Shown: positions 23,763 to 34,940 of the stretch, in pieces | Layout: every line of letters starts with the position of its first letter | Numbering within the stretch: position 1 is the stretch's first letter | From: Gekko japonicus | Taxonomy: Eukaryota | Direction of reading: 5' to 3' | NCBI RefSeq assembly: GCF_001447785.1 | Contig: NW_015167536.1 | Location: forward strand, 496,001 to 560,000 | DNA length: 64,000 bases | Notes under the pieces: model-generated | Told to the model about the DNA's origin: nothing | Database searches by the model: none | The model's input: only the letters and a program-made list of their open reading frames with translations | Position numbers and translations under genes: made by a program

Positions 23763-26700
23763 ACTTGGAGTAATTGCGCAATCTTATACAGAGTTACTTG
23801 ATTTCAGTGACTTTAGATTGGAGTAACTTCTGCCTAGGATTGTGTTGCAAGTCCCTACACAGCTCTTAATGCTAAATCCTAACAGTGCAACCCTAAGCAC
23901 ACTTACTCAGAAGTAAAGGCACTCAGTGATGTACAATTAGGAGCTAAGCATAGAGGAACTGAGGGAAAGTCATAAAGAGCCATAGCTGGAAAGAAACAGA
24001 GCAGCCCTGGGCACAGTCACACCCTTCTAGGGTATATAACTTCATTTAGGATTACACTGAAAGCCATTACTTCTATAAAACGCTGTCAAGTTGGGTCCTT
24101 AGCTTTGAAGCCAATGGACTTTTCTTTCCTTTAACGTTTGCAGGATCCGAGTCTCCTTGTCTGGGGAGTTAAATGACGCTTGGGTTGGACTCACACACTT
24201 AGGAATGCGTTGCAGGATCAGACTCTCTCCAAAAGCGATTAGGTTTAAATCCAATATTTGAGTGGAGCAGTATGAAGCTTCAAATACTCAGAAGTAGCTT
24301 ACAGAAGTAGGTACTGACGCCTGAACCAAGGGGATGGGGAGAAGAAAGGAAAGGAAAGAAAAAAAAAATGCTTGACTTCAAGAACTGACCTAAGCGTGTT
24401 ACTCCCTCTGCTTCCCCATCGCTGGAGAATGTCCTATGGGGTTCCTTTTTCCAACTCCCCTTATTTCTTGGGGCCCTTAGTTGGAAGGGATGAGAGTGTA
24501 GAATGAGCATCTAGGTTCTAAACACGGATTGTGGCGAATTCAACGGAGCACTCTTGGTTGACCAGCACAGGAGCCCTGGAGTATCCCTTTTATCTTTTCT
24601 CACATGTGCGCATTTTTAATACCTAAAGACCAAAAGGAAATCCCAGTTAAGCCCGGTGTCTGTGAGGACGAGCCGTTCGGCTTGTGTGAGATTTTTCCAG
24701 GCGTTGTTCATACCGGCGAGGTTGGAAGCCACTACCCAGAGCACAGCGAAGCAAAACTCTAGGTGCGCCTTGTGCGCGTCAATATGATATTTGTTCAGAA
24801 GAGGGCGTTGCGCGGGGGGAGGAGGGAGAGGAGGAGGAGGGGACAGAGGGGAGAAGCACCGTGTGTTTAAATCAGCGATTAGGTTCGTGCCATACCTTTC
24901 TTTCCCGTCCACTCCGGGTCCAGGGTTTCAAATCAGGGAGTCACCTTTTCTAACATCCAGGTGAAGAGGTAACCGGGAGGAAGAGATAAGAGAGGCACCT
25001 CTCCCCCGGCCCCCATCTAGGCACATTCTGTGAAAAGTTCTATATCCGGATCAGTTGTGTCTTGGTTTGCCTTGAAAAGGAGGGGGCCCCCATCCAGTTA
25101 TCGATCTTTTAAAGGGTTCTTGGGCGAGTGGGGAGTATTAGTGCATTGCTTTCGCCTCCGCTAAAGGTTAGGATTGATCTGAAGACCTGAAAGGTGAACA
25201 AAGGCGCCACATCGTCCTTTCATGAGAGAGCGACAGAAGGAAAGGAGGCAAGGGATAGAGGAAGGACAAGAAAAGCCCAAACAGAATTTATTCATTCCAT
25301 GGTACCTCTTAGAAATCATCTGGTTGGGCTCTCCAGGAGGGGGACTCCCCCCCCCCCCATTCATAGGAGGGATTGAATGTGAGATACCTGATTGGGATCA
25401 ATCCAAGCCATTCAAAGCGTTTATTTTAAGGGGTTGTAAGCTTAATGTGAGCATGGGTGCGTTTGCTTGTGCTTTAATTGGGGGGGGGGGAAGAGAGTCG
25501 ATTAAAAATGCACTTCTAAAAGAAACACACTGATAATTCTTGTCTTTCAGAGGGCACAAAATCAGCAGTCAGTTTATAATCAACTTCACCCTTCCCCCCT
25601 TTTTGGTTCCAATTAATGCTATAAATGGGTATTCCCATTAAAACACTAAAATCTGAGATTAATATACTCTTCTGATTTCCTCAGGATTTTTTAATTATAC
25701 ATATCATGGTTCTCTGGTGATATCTCTCCCGTTTTACAAGGTATTTTAGACATCCATTTAATTTTTTTTAAAAAAATAACAGGCAAACATGATCTATATG
25801 CCTACGAAGGTTTTCATTGGCTTATTTTTATTTTTATTTTATTTTGTGTCGTCTTCTTTTTATTAACCTTGCCAGTTCCTCCTAATTCGACACCCCAAGC
25901 AGTAAATCGCCAACTAGAGGTTTGAACCATTTTATTTATTATCAGAAATCACATAATAATACATTCAATTTATCATCATCATCATCATTAGTGTGAAACA
26001 ACTTTTTACATGACTATATAAAGCCGGGGATACGTGCTATGACAGACAGTTGCATAGGCCCTACATAGAATAGCTTGAGGTAAGAAACATTACATATGGA
26101 CTATATTGAGAACGATGCATATTTAACAACGGCAGGAAAACTAGACTAGGGAATAACAAGCAGAGAACCGAGCCACAGACACCGAGAGAACTAACACAAG
26201 ACGAACAGAAGTCACACAGAATAATATTTTAAAGCAATTTGAAAGAGAATATTGCATATATTTCATTTTTTTAAAAAAAGAAAGCATCATATCCCCCCCC
26301 CATTCCGATAATTGAAGTGGCAGCTGAGAATCGTCTCCAATGCACCCAGTTGCCCAGACAAGGAGACGATTCTCGAGTATTATATAGATTCTTGCTGGTG
26401 GTTTGTGTATTGTATTTCAAAGCGTAGCAGTCTTTTTTCCCCCCTTCACTGTAGACAGAAATTGCTCTCGGCAGGTAAAATATTAACAAGGCAGTCTCTC
26501 TCATTTCTCTCCCCCACCCCACACCTTTCCCAGTTGACGGGATTTAAATCCAACATCGCGCTATGACATTGCCCCATAAACCCGAGATAAACCAACCACC
26601 ACATACTTCAAAATGCAGCCTTGAAAAAAAATATGGAAAAAAGTAACATATCAAAGGTTCGTAAGAGGAGGCGACGGTAGTGTGGGACTGGGGACCATGA

Positions 26701-27550
26701 AGCTAAATCAGGTACAATGTTGGTATATATATTCTACACATACTTCAGTGGCTCGTAATTCGGATCGAAAATGCCTCTTTCTCCGTCTCTTTACAATACA
26801 AACCTGGGTTATGATAGTGTTGTTTAGGCGATTTGGAAAGAAATTCTGTTCAAAGGTGGCGAGGGGGGGGGATGTCACTCTCGAATGATGACGGCCTGAA
26901 AGCCCCTCCCACGTACATACACTGCTTTGCTCCATTGCACATAATTGAAACACATAGATATACATTTGTATTTATTGCACAGCTGTAGTGATTGGCTAAC
27001 TATTTTTTAAAGGAACTTACTGGTGTGTGTGTGTGAGATGAATCTTCATATTCAGGGTGACACGAATGGGAGAGTCTATTTCGAAAGGGCTAGTGGGTTC
27101 CCCCCCCCCCGAAGGGTGATATTGGGGGCCCTTCTAGATATGGGTGGTGGAATAGGGTGAAGGAATGTTGACATAGGCACGGGAACCCGGTCTAAAGATG
27201 AGGCTGCGAGGAAGGAGGGAGGGAGGGCGAGATGGAGGCGCTGCAANNNNNNNNNNNNNNNNNNNNNNNNNNNNNNNNNNNNNNNNNNNNNNNNNNNNNN
27301 NNNNNNNNNNNNNNNNNNNNNNNNNNNNGGTGACAATTGAGCCTTGCCCAGAAAACGTTGCCTTTGTCATAAAATTAATCCCCCCTGATATAAAACGAAT
27401 GAAGCAGAGCGTGTAAGCGGCAAAAAGTCAGTGCCGTACTTCTCGGCCCCTTGCACCCAGCCTAGCTCTAGTGGGTTACACCACCCTTCCCCAAGACTAT
27501 TGCAATAACTTTTTTTAAAATCTGAAATTATGAACCGTGCAGAATTGAGC

Positions 27551-27659
27551 GAGCATACGTTCTGGGCCCGACCCCCCCCCCCACTATCCCCTGGAACAGC
27601 ATCGGGAGCGCACGTTCTGGGCCCCGCCCCCCCCCCCCCATATCCACTGGAACAGCATC
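27551..27659. repeat. Two-copy ~55-bp tandem duplication
   Basis: gagc..acgttctgggccc..(C)n..tatcc.ctggaacagcatc occurs at 27551-27603 and 27606-27659. Confidence 0.8.
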
Positions 27660-28350
27660 TCCATTAAAGCGTTTAGAGCTGGGTCGACCCCCCCACACAC
27701 AAAAATTACCCTGCCCGGCTCCTTTCGCCCCGCCGCCCCCGTCACCTTTCTCCCCCTGCCTCCGACGAGAGAGTGGGATCACCGAAGAGTTTTGGGAAAG
27801 CGCGATGGCCGTCAGGAAACCAAAGGGCTATTTTTCTCTCTCCAGGAAACCGTACCATGTGTGCAAACAGAGCAGATGATCGACCAGAGGACTTTCTCCC
27901 CTAGCCCCCTCCCATCCTGCCTCCGGGCTGCCCTGGAAGGGAAAGTGCGAGGAGGTCTGCGGAAGAAGGATGGAAATCACCGTCTATCCCCAGAAGTAGT
28001 ATGCGGTGTGTAGGGGGGGGAATAAGGCGACACACCCCATAAATGTTCACAGCCGGCAGCTGCTGCCTAAGAAGAATCAGGAATGAAAATAAAGTGCGTG
28101 TGTGATACGCGCGCGCACACACACACATGCGGGCACGCACACACACCCCCCCCCCCCCACACACACACATAAGGACAATTCTTGATTCTCCAGGTCCATC
28201 AGCTGCTCGGGTTTTTTTGTTTTTAAAAATTCGCCTGTAATCCAATGTCTAACTAAACACGAGAAGCGTCTTAACGAGGGGAACGGAGGGGGAAATCCCT
28301 ATTCCTTCATTTCGAAAATGGCAATCATTAAAGAAAGCATTAATGCTAGG

Positions 28351-28353
<3 letters not shown>

Positions 28354-28398
<45 letters not shown>
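28354..28398. repeat. (TC)n microsatellite
   Basis: Direct reading. Confidence 0.9.
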
Positions 28399-28400
<2 letters not shown>

Positions 28401-29548
28401 GAAGGGGGGAAAGTATTAATAGCTTAATGAGCTCCAAGGGGGCAGCCACTACAGTTAATGTATAAAAGGGACATGCCCCCCCCCTTCTGGCCACCTTGTA
28501 GATCATCAATAAACACAATAGTATAATAAGCAGCACAAATACTCCTTCGGTGGAGCTATTACCAAAACACAAATTGAAATGGTTGGTAAGTGTTGGGTGG
28601 GGGGGATTGTAGAGGAAAGGAGCCCCGCAGACAACCTGCTTAACTCGGATCTGAGAAAGTTATATCTGACAAGGCTCAGTTTGACCACAGAGGTAGATTT
28701 CTTCCTCGTGTGCGTTCTCTCCGACTCAATGGGATCTGTGTTATGCCGCCCCACACATCCGAGGCGTGTTTCCTCGAAAACCTAGTCCCAGCGGGTCCCA
28801 GAGAGCTTCACTCCCAAGGAAGGTGTCCACCGGATTGTGAGCTTCCCCAGACAGCTCGTGGGAATGGGAATGTGCCAGAGTCGACATTCCAACCTTCACA
28901 CTTTGACTTTCTGCAAAACGGCCCCTCGGTAGCACCAGGATCTGCAGATTTCCTAAGCGCAACCAACTCCATCACTACACAGCTGACGTCTGTACACACA
29001 CACGCAGACAGACACACGCACACATATATCCCTGTACATCTTTTCGACGCTCACTGATATTTATCGCCTCCTTTCTCATCGGGATCCGCTTGGCAAAATA
29101 AACTACGGGCCAAACATAAAACACCGGCTCGCCTTTCTGCATTAAGGATGGCTACCGTTGATTTAAGACGAATGCCACATCCACTTAAGCGGTTCCTCCG
29201 GAGAATGAAAAATCCCAGCGCACTAAAACCGATCACACACTAAACAGGACAGCGACATGCCTTCCAAGCAGTCTCTGGGGCTTGCCTACCAAAGAAGAAA
29301 ACAGAGCAAGGAAAGGCCCGTTGCTCGGGGAGGGTGGTAGCCTACCTGTGAATGCTTACACGAGCGAACAACCGCCCAAAAAGGGGGGGGGGAATTGTCG
29401 TCGGACTCAACTTCACATTCAGAACACTGCTGACCAACCTTGAACAATGGGAACCCGGGCTGATTGATGGAGGGGGCTTCTTTCTCCCATTGGGTCTTTC
29501 CCAACAGGTCTAGGAGTAGACGATAAGTATTTTCTCACACACCCTCTG

Positions 29549-29550
<2 letters not shown>

Positions 29551-29588
<38 letters not shown>

Positions 29589-29610
29589 ACCCACCCACCC
29601 ACCCACCCAC
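29551..29610. repeat. (TC)n-(CCCA)n compound microsatellite in the HOXC12 3' region
   Basis: Direct reading. Confidence 0.9.
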
Positions 29611-29822
29611 ATTCACATCTATGTCTGCGGCTGGATGATTTGCAAAGGATACCGATTCTTGTTTTAAAAAGGGGGGGGAGGGAAATAATATAACAATAAT
29701 CTAAACTGGCTATTCAGACCAGATCAGGTTTTCAGAAGTCCCGGGACCATCAACTGCGCCCAAGGCTAGAGAGTTCTCTGCGGTGGTTACCCATCGTGGA
29801 CTTGTCTGAACTTCTTCTTTGT

Positions 29823-30061
29823 TTAAAAGAAAGAAAGGGCTTGCTCTCTCAGGAGGAGTCTTTTCTTTTTCATTCGCCGGTTCTGGAACCAGATCTTCAC
29901 CTGCTGGTCGCTCAGGTTTAACCGATCTGAGAGCTCCCTTCTTCTTTGGCGAGTAATGAATTCATTGACCATAAACTCCCCTTCCAGCTCCGCGAGCTGC
30001 AGTTTGGAGTAGGGTTTTCGCTTTTTCCGTGACCTTGTGTGCATCGGGTACCAGGGAGCAC
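29823..30061 (-). CDS. HOXC12: Homeobox protein Hox-C12, exon 2 (homeodomain)
   Basis: Acceptor ttctttag|GT. Translates [79 protein letters not shown], in frame with exon 1 (267 aa). Confidence 0.96.
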
Positions 30062-30102
30062 CTAAAGAACAGCGTGAGGGACAAGAGATTTAACACGTGG
30101 GG

Positions 30103-30105
<3 letters not shown>

Positions 30106-30144
<39 letters not shown>
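30106..30144. repeat. (AG)n microsatellite in the HOXC12 intron
   Basis: Direct reading; reads as a pyrimidine tract on the sense strand upstream of the acceptor. Confidence 0.9.
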
Positions 30145-30147
<3 letters not shown>

Positions 30148-31433
30148 AAAAAATGGGAATTCTTTCCCTCCTCCACTTCTTGAATAACGCCCCGCGTATA
30201 CCACAGAAAGTCATGCTTCAGCCCCAGGAGAAAGGAGGGAGAAAGAATCCCTGTATCTCAGTTTTAGATCCCAAGGCTTAGAGGGTTCATGTCAGGCATG
30301 CCACACTAGGCGTAGATAGCAAACGCAGGGGATGAACCAGAGCGAGAGCGCAGGAGAGATGAGTGTCACCAGCAAGCCAGAGAACGGCCCAGCGGTTCGG
30401 TTTGGGGCTCGCCCGCCAGTCTGGAAATGACGGAGCGGGGAGGCTGAGCCATAGAGTCCCCGAGCTAGCTAAGGCGATATCTACAGGCGCTTTACCAGGA
30501 AAAGACGCCAGCTGGCTCTTCCTGGAAGTGTCGCGCTACAGAAGAAGAGCAGGCACATAGCGGGAAGCTTGTTGGAAGGATTTTGTTTTTAATGGCGCCT
30601 CAGTCTTAGGCGGAGGCAATTTTTTTTAATGGAGCGTCCACGATTTTGCACGGGAAACGACCGGGTTCGGGGAAGAGGTGGGCAGAAACCATCTCCCCCC
30701 CCCCCCCCCCGCGGAGGGAATACAGAAAGTTGCTTTACGTGGGACTTGGCATCTCCTTCCCAAAGCTCTTCTCCAAGACGCTTCACCTGAGATGTCTACC
30801 CTGACCGGGTCTAGCCATTCCCAAGAACCCTTTCTTGAAGTTTCCACCACCCATTCCAGCAAAGCCAAGGCTTCAACCAGCCACACGGCCGCGAAGTCTT
30901 CCCCGGACCAGTCCCCATTCCCCCCCCCCTTTTTTTTTTGCGAGCCTGGCGTCAATCATGCAACCGGTGGGGGTGGGAAAAAAATTCGTCTGGAAGTGCT
31001 TGCTTGTGAGAATGGGGGAAAGCGGGCTGGGGGGAAGGAGGGAGGGAGGGAGAGAGCGAGAAAGAGAGGAGACCGGGAATCTGTCTATCTGGCCCATCGC
31101 GATCTCCTCTTTTATGGGATATTTACATGTTTATAGGCTTTTCTTTTAAAAGAAGCACCACCTAATAAAGCGCGAGGCATTTGAGTGCTACCCCTAGCGG
31201 CCTCGGCACAAATCGGCATGCTTCGACCCGGCTGCTAATTTCATGGAATTTATAACAGCAAGAGCGGCGAGCGGACTTTGCAAGCGGGAGAGAGAGACAG
31301 AGAGAGAGACAGAAAGAAGTCAAGAAGAGGCATGGCATACATCGGCTTTTCTTGTTCCCACCCGCACCACACACGCACGCACGCACCCCCGCACACATAG
31401 ACACGCGCGTTTCCTGGTCGCACCAGTGCTTAC

Positions 31434-31998
31434 CCCCAGCGGAAAGATTGCTTCCTTGGTTGAGAGGGGAGACCAGGGTGGACGGCTCGCTGGCGGCGCC
31501 CTTATTCCCTTCATTGAGTAAGGAGGAGCTGGAGTCTGACTCTAAGGACTGGCAGGAAGGGGGGTCGTGGGGCACCGCCTCGGCAGCCGGATAGTCAAAT
31601 TTGCCGAAATTCCCGCTCATTCCATTGGGGATCCCGGCCTCGAGGGGCATCAAGGCCGCGTCCCTGACCCTCTCTTCCCTCTTGAGGGGGGCGTTCTCGG
31701 CGCACGCCTCCCTATAGTAGCACTTGCTCTCTTCCACTCTAGCTAGGTCGCAGGCTCGGCTGAAGGAAGGGTTAATGGACACGGGGCTGCTGAGATAGGG
31801 CTGGGGGTATCCGTTGCACGGCTCGGAGGATGCCCAGGGCAAGGAGCAGACATTGTCCCTTCGTGGGTAGGAGAGAGACGGTAAGCCGGGCAGCTGTCCT
31901 CCGGAGGCTCGGAAATTGGGGAAATAGAAGGTGTCTCCCGTATGGATGTTCACCAACGGTCCCACAAACCCAGGATTAAGGAGATTATGTTCGCCCAT
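31434..31998 (-). CDS. HOXC12: Homeobox protein Hox-C12, exon 1
   Basis: [55 protein letters not shown]...[16 protein letters not shown], the HoxC12 N-terminus. Phase-1 donor G|GTAAGC at 31433. 565 nt. Confidence 0.96.
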
Positions 31999-32059
31999 TT
32001 CCGCGGGCCTGACCGAGAGCTTCTAGTTTATTGCTATCTGACATTAAACATAGTTAAAC

Positions 32060-32100
32060 CTAAAGGTCCGCCCGATTGGTCCGGAGGGGTCACGTGGGCG
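32060..32100 (-). promoter_or_regulatory. HOXC12 proximal promoter: E-box + CCAAT + GC box
   Basis: Sense strand reads CCCACGTGACCCCTCCGGACCAATCGGGCGG (CACGTG 32091-32096, CCAAT 32075-32079, GGGCGG 32068-32073), 70-100 nt upstream of the ATG. Confidence 0.6.
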
Positions 32101-34888
32101 CCAAGTTGCGTTGGAGGAGAAAAGGGTGCCACCCACCCTCCGCAATTTGAGACAAAACAAAACATTAAGTTCTGCCTTTCGGGTTTTTTTATATGCTTTT
32201 TAAAAAAATCATAAAACATTTTATAAAATAAAACAACGGGCTTTAAGCACTGACCTGAGAAACCCGAGGTATTGTAAACCCCCACCCTTTAAAGACATGA
32301 CACCCCGCGTCCCCCCCCCCAGCTGCGTTCAGGGTCCCTTCAACAGCTGGCAAAATTAAGCCATTTCCCCATTAATTAGCTCCTTTATTAACTAAAACAG
32401 TCCAAAATTTACAATATCTCCCAATAAATTACTATTAGATATTGTGTCATATAAAGTTTACAGGGTCTTTAAGGAGACGAATGAGTCTAACCGCAACAGG
32501 CTCATATTTACAGATGACGGGGTGGAAGAATTTTAAAATATTGCGGACCCCCTTCCACCCTTTAACGAGGGCTTTAGTCTCCCCCCCCCCTCCAGACCTC
32601 TGTTTATTTTGTTTATTTAAAAAGCAAATAAACCAACAGCCTTTGGATTCAGGACCTTTGGTGTGTGGTTTTTTTTGTCTACAAAAATTCAGATACGGTC
32701 TATGCCAAGTCTTCTGGCTTATAAAAAGAGAGAGAGAGAGAATAATCCTCCTGCCGAAATATTTTAACAAAGGAAAACGGGAGGGGGGTCCCCCCCTTTC
32801 CCCTCACCTGGTATATAACGTGAATGGACATTCAATTAGTTCTGGTTTAAAGCTATATTAAACCGGTTGTCTAGAAGGCTCTGATCTGATACGATGTGTG
32901 TGTGTGGGGGGGGGGGGAGAGAATGTCCCCGAAAGGGATGGTTCTGTCGGAGAGATAACTGTTGGGGGCGTCCTCCGCAGCGAGCAGATAACTCCTCGAG
33001 ACCAAGCTCTAGGAAAAGAGCCTTAAAAGGGAATCCGGATTTAGGGGAGAGTCGAAGCCGGCTGCTTTTGGAGAACAAAGGAGGACGGGGGATCTCTCGC
33101 AGAGGAAAGAAAATGCCGGGCTTAATATATAGATATATATTTAGAGGGGGGGGGGGTTGACACTTGGGGCTTTGCTCGCCACTTCTGACACTGGAGGACT
33201 TGACGGGCGAATTACCGTAAATATTCATGTATAGGCTGAAAACTGATTTGCGGGATGACTCGTAAATAATAATAATAATAATAATAATAATTAAAAGAAG
33301 AAGAAGAAGAACCGTCCGCCACCCCGGACCTTCCAGTTCAGATCCAAAATGGAAATGTCCATTTCTTCTTTCCCTTCTTTTAAGAAAAGCCACTTTGAGG
33401 CTCAAAAATCCCGAATCCTGAAAGTCCACGAAATCGATCAAGCCGGGCTTCCTTGATATTTAACGCTGACTCCCCGGCTCCGGACACGCTGGCTACTTTG
33501 GTTCTCCCAGCCGGGTAGGAAGGGGAAAAGAAAAAAAATCACGTGCTAATAAAATAAACACTTTCCTTTCTTGCCTCTATTAAAGGGGCAGCTCCTTAAT
33601 ATTCCAAAGTCGCTTTCCACGTGCCCCTTTCCTCTTACCTATATGCAATTCGGCATCTTGCTCGGCACATCCTTCGATGTGCTATCTCTGCGTCCAGCTA
33701 AACACTGTCAATCCGTATTTATTTAAGGTTCGGTTTTTTTTGTTTTTTTTAAAAAACCGAGCCTTCTCCAGGTGCGACTGAGCGGTTCCTGGCGCTCCAC
33801 GATTTAAATGGGGGATAATTCAGGTCTTCAGAAGAACGCTTTTCCGCCAGGGAGTAAACAATTTTATAGCCTAACAAGCATGTGATTGCTGGAGACAGCA
33901 TATAAATTGGCATTTAAAAAAAGCAAAATAAATATTCTCCGTTATGATCTTTCTGGGCAATATGCTCGATAAGGCGTCGCTTTGGAGGCTTCGGTGGCTT
34001 TGTTCTGTCGTGGATCCTGGAGGAGTAATTTAAGCTCGAGAGATGTTACTCCTTGTTACATACCCTCTACAGTAACAGCAGGAACAACAAAGCGAAGCAG
34101 AGGAGAATAGCGGACGACAGACTGGCTTTGCCAGGACAGGACAGACCTGCCCCCAGTCTAAGCCCACTGTTTTCAGTGGAGGGGTTGGATCGCACTGCTA
34201 GCTCGCTTATATATAACTACATGAGCTTTTCTTCAGGAAAAGGAAAAGAAAACCTCACATTGCTGGTATTGCTAGAGAAACACTTTCACCCTGAGAAAAA
34301 GCTGTGATTCCCCATATCATCTATTGATCCCATGTCTAAGGATACAGTCCGAGACACCATCACGCTCATTGTCCTCAGTGAGATTTTTACGCTCCACTTC
34401 TAGCGACCCTGTCCTGGGAGTAAGTCCTATTGAATAACACGGGGCTTACTTCCGAGTAGACTCGCGCCTTGAAACAGCTTCGCTTGAGGCAGGCTCTCAG
34501 CTGAAATGAGGTTCATAAATACACACCCCAAGTCATGAATATATCTTGGGGCACCTTAATATAATATCTCCCCCCCCTTTTTATTTTGTAAGAGAAGACA
34601 GCTCCTTCTGCAAACATTAGGTGGCAAGTCCAAGAGAGGAAGGGGGAAAAAATCCATTGATGTTTAAATGTCCCATCTTTCTATGGGAGATGTGTTACCA
34701 GTACAGGCGCCGTTTTAAGTGTGTGTGTGGGGAAATCTAATGATTAAATCTTAGCAATAAAAAATTAAAAAATTAAAAATCTATCCGCTTACTGTTGCAA
34801 GGGAATGTAATTACTTTACTGTAGTCCTTAAAATAAAACATTGTAAAGACTCGGCTAAGCCTTCCTCATGAATATTTGATATCGCTCA

Positions 34889-34892
<4 letters not shown>

Positions 34893-34937
<45 letters not shown>
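34893..34937. repeat. (AG)n microsatellite
   Basis: Direct reading. Confidence 0.9.

Positions 34938-34940
<3 letters not shown>

Noticed and set aside
31162-31433. ORF-track extensions of HOXC12 (and HOXC13, HOXC11) exon 1 beyond the donor
   Set aside because: Intron read-through; canonical donors and in-frame second exons explain the real CDS.
32836-33441. 201-aa ORF and other short ORFs with poly-I/N/ER/LS runs
   Set aside because: Translations of microsatellites and low-complexity DNA with no coding signature.
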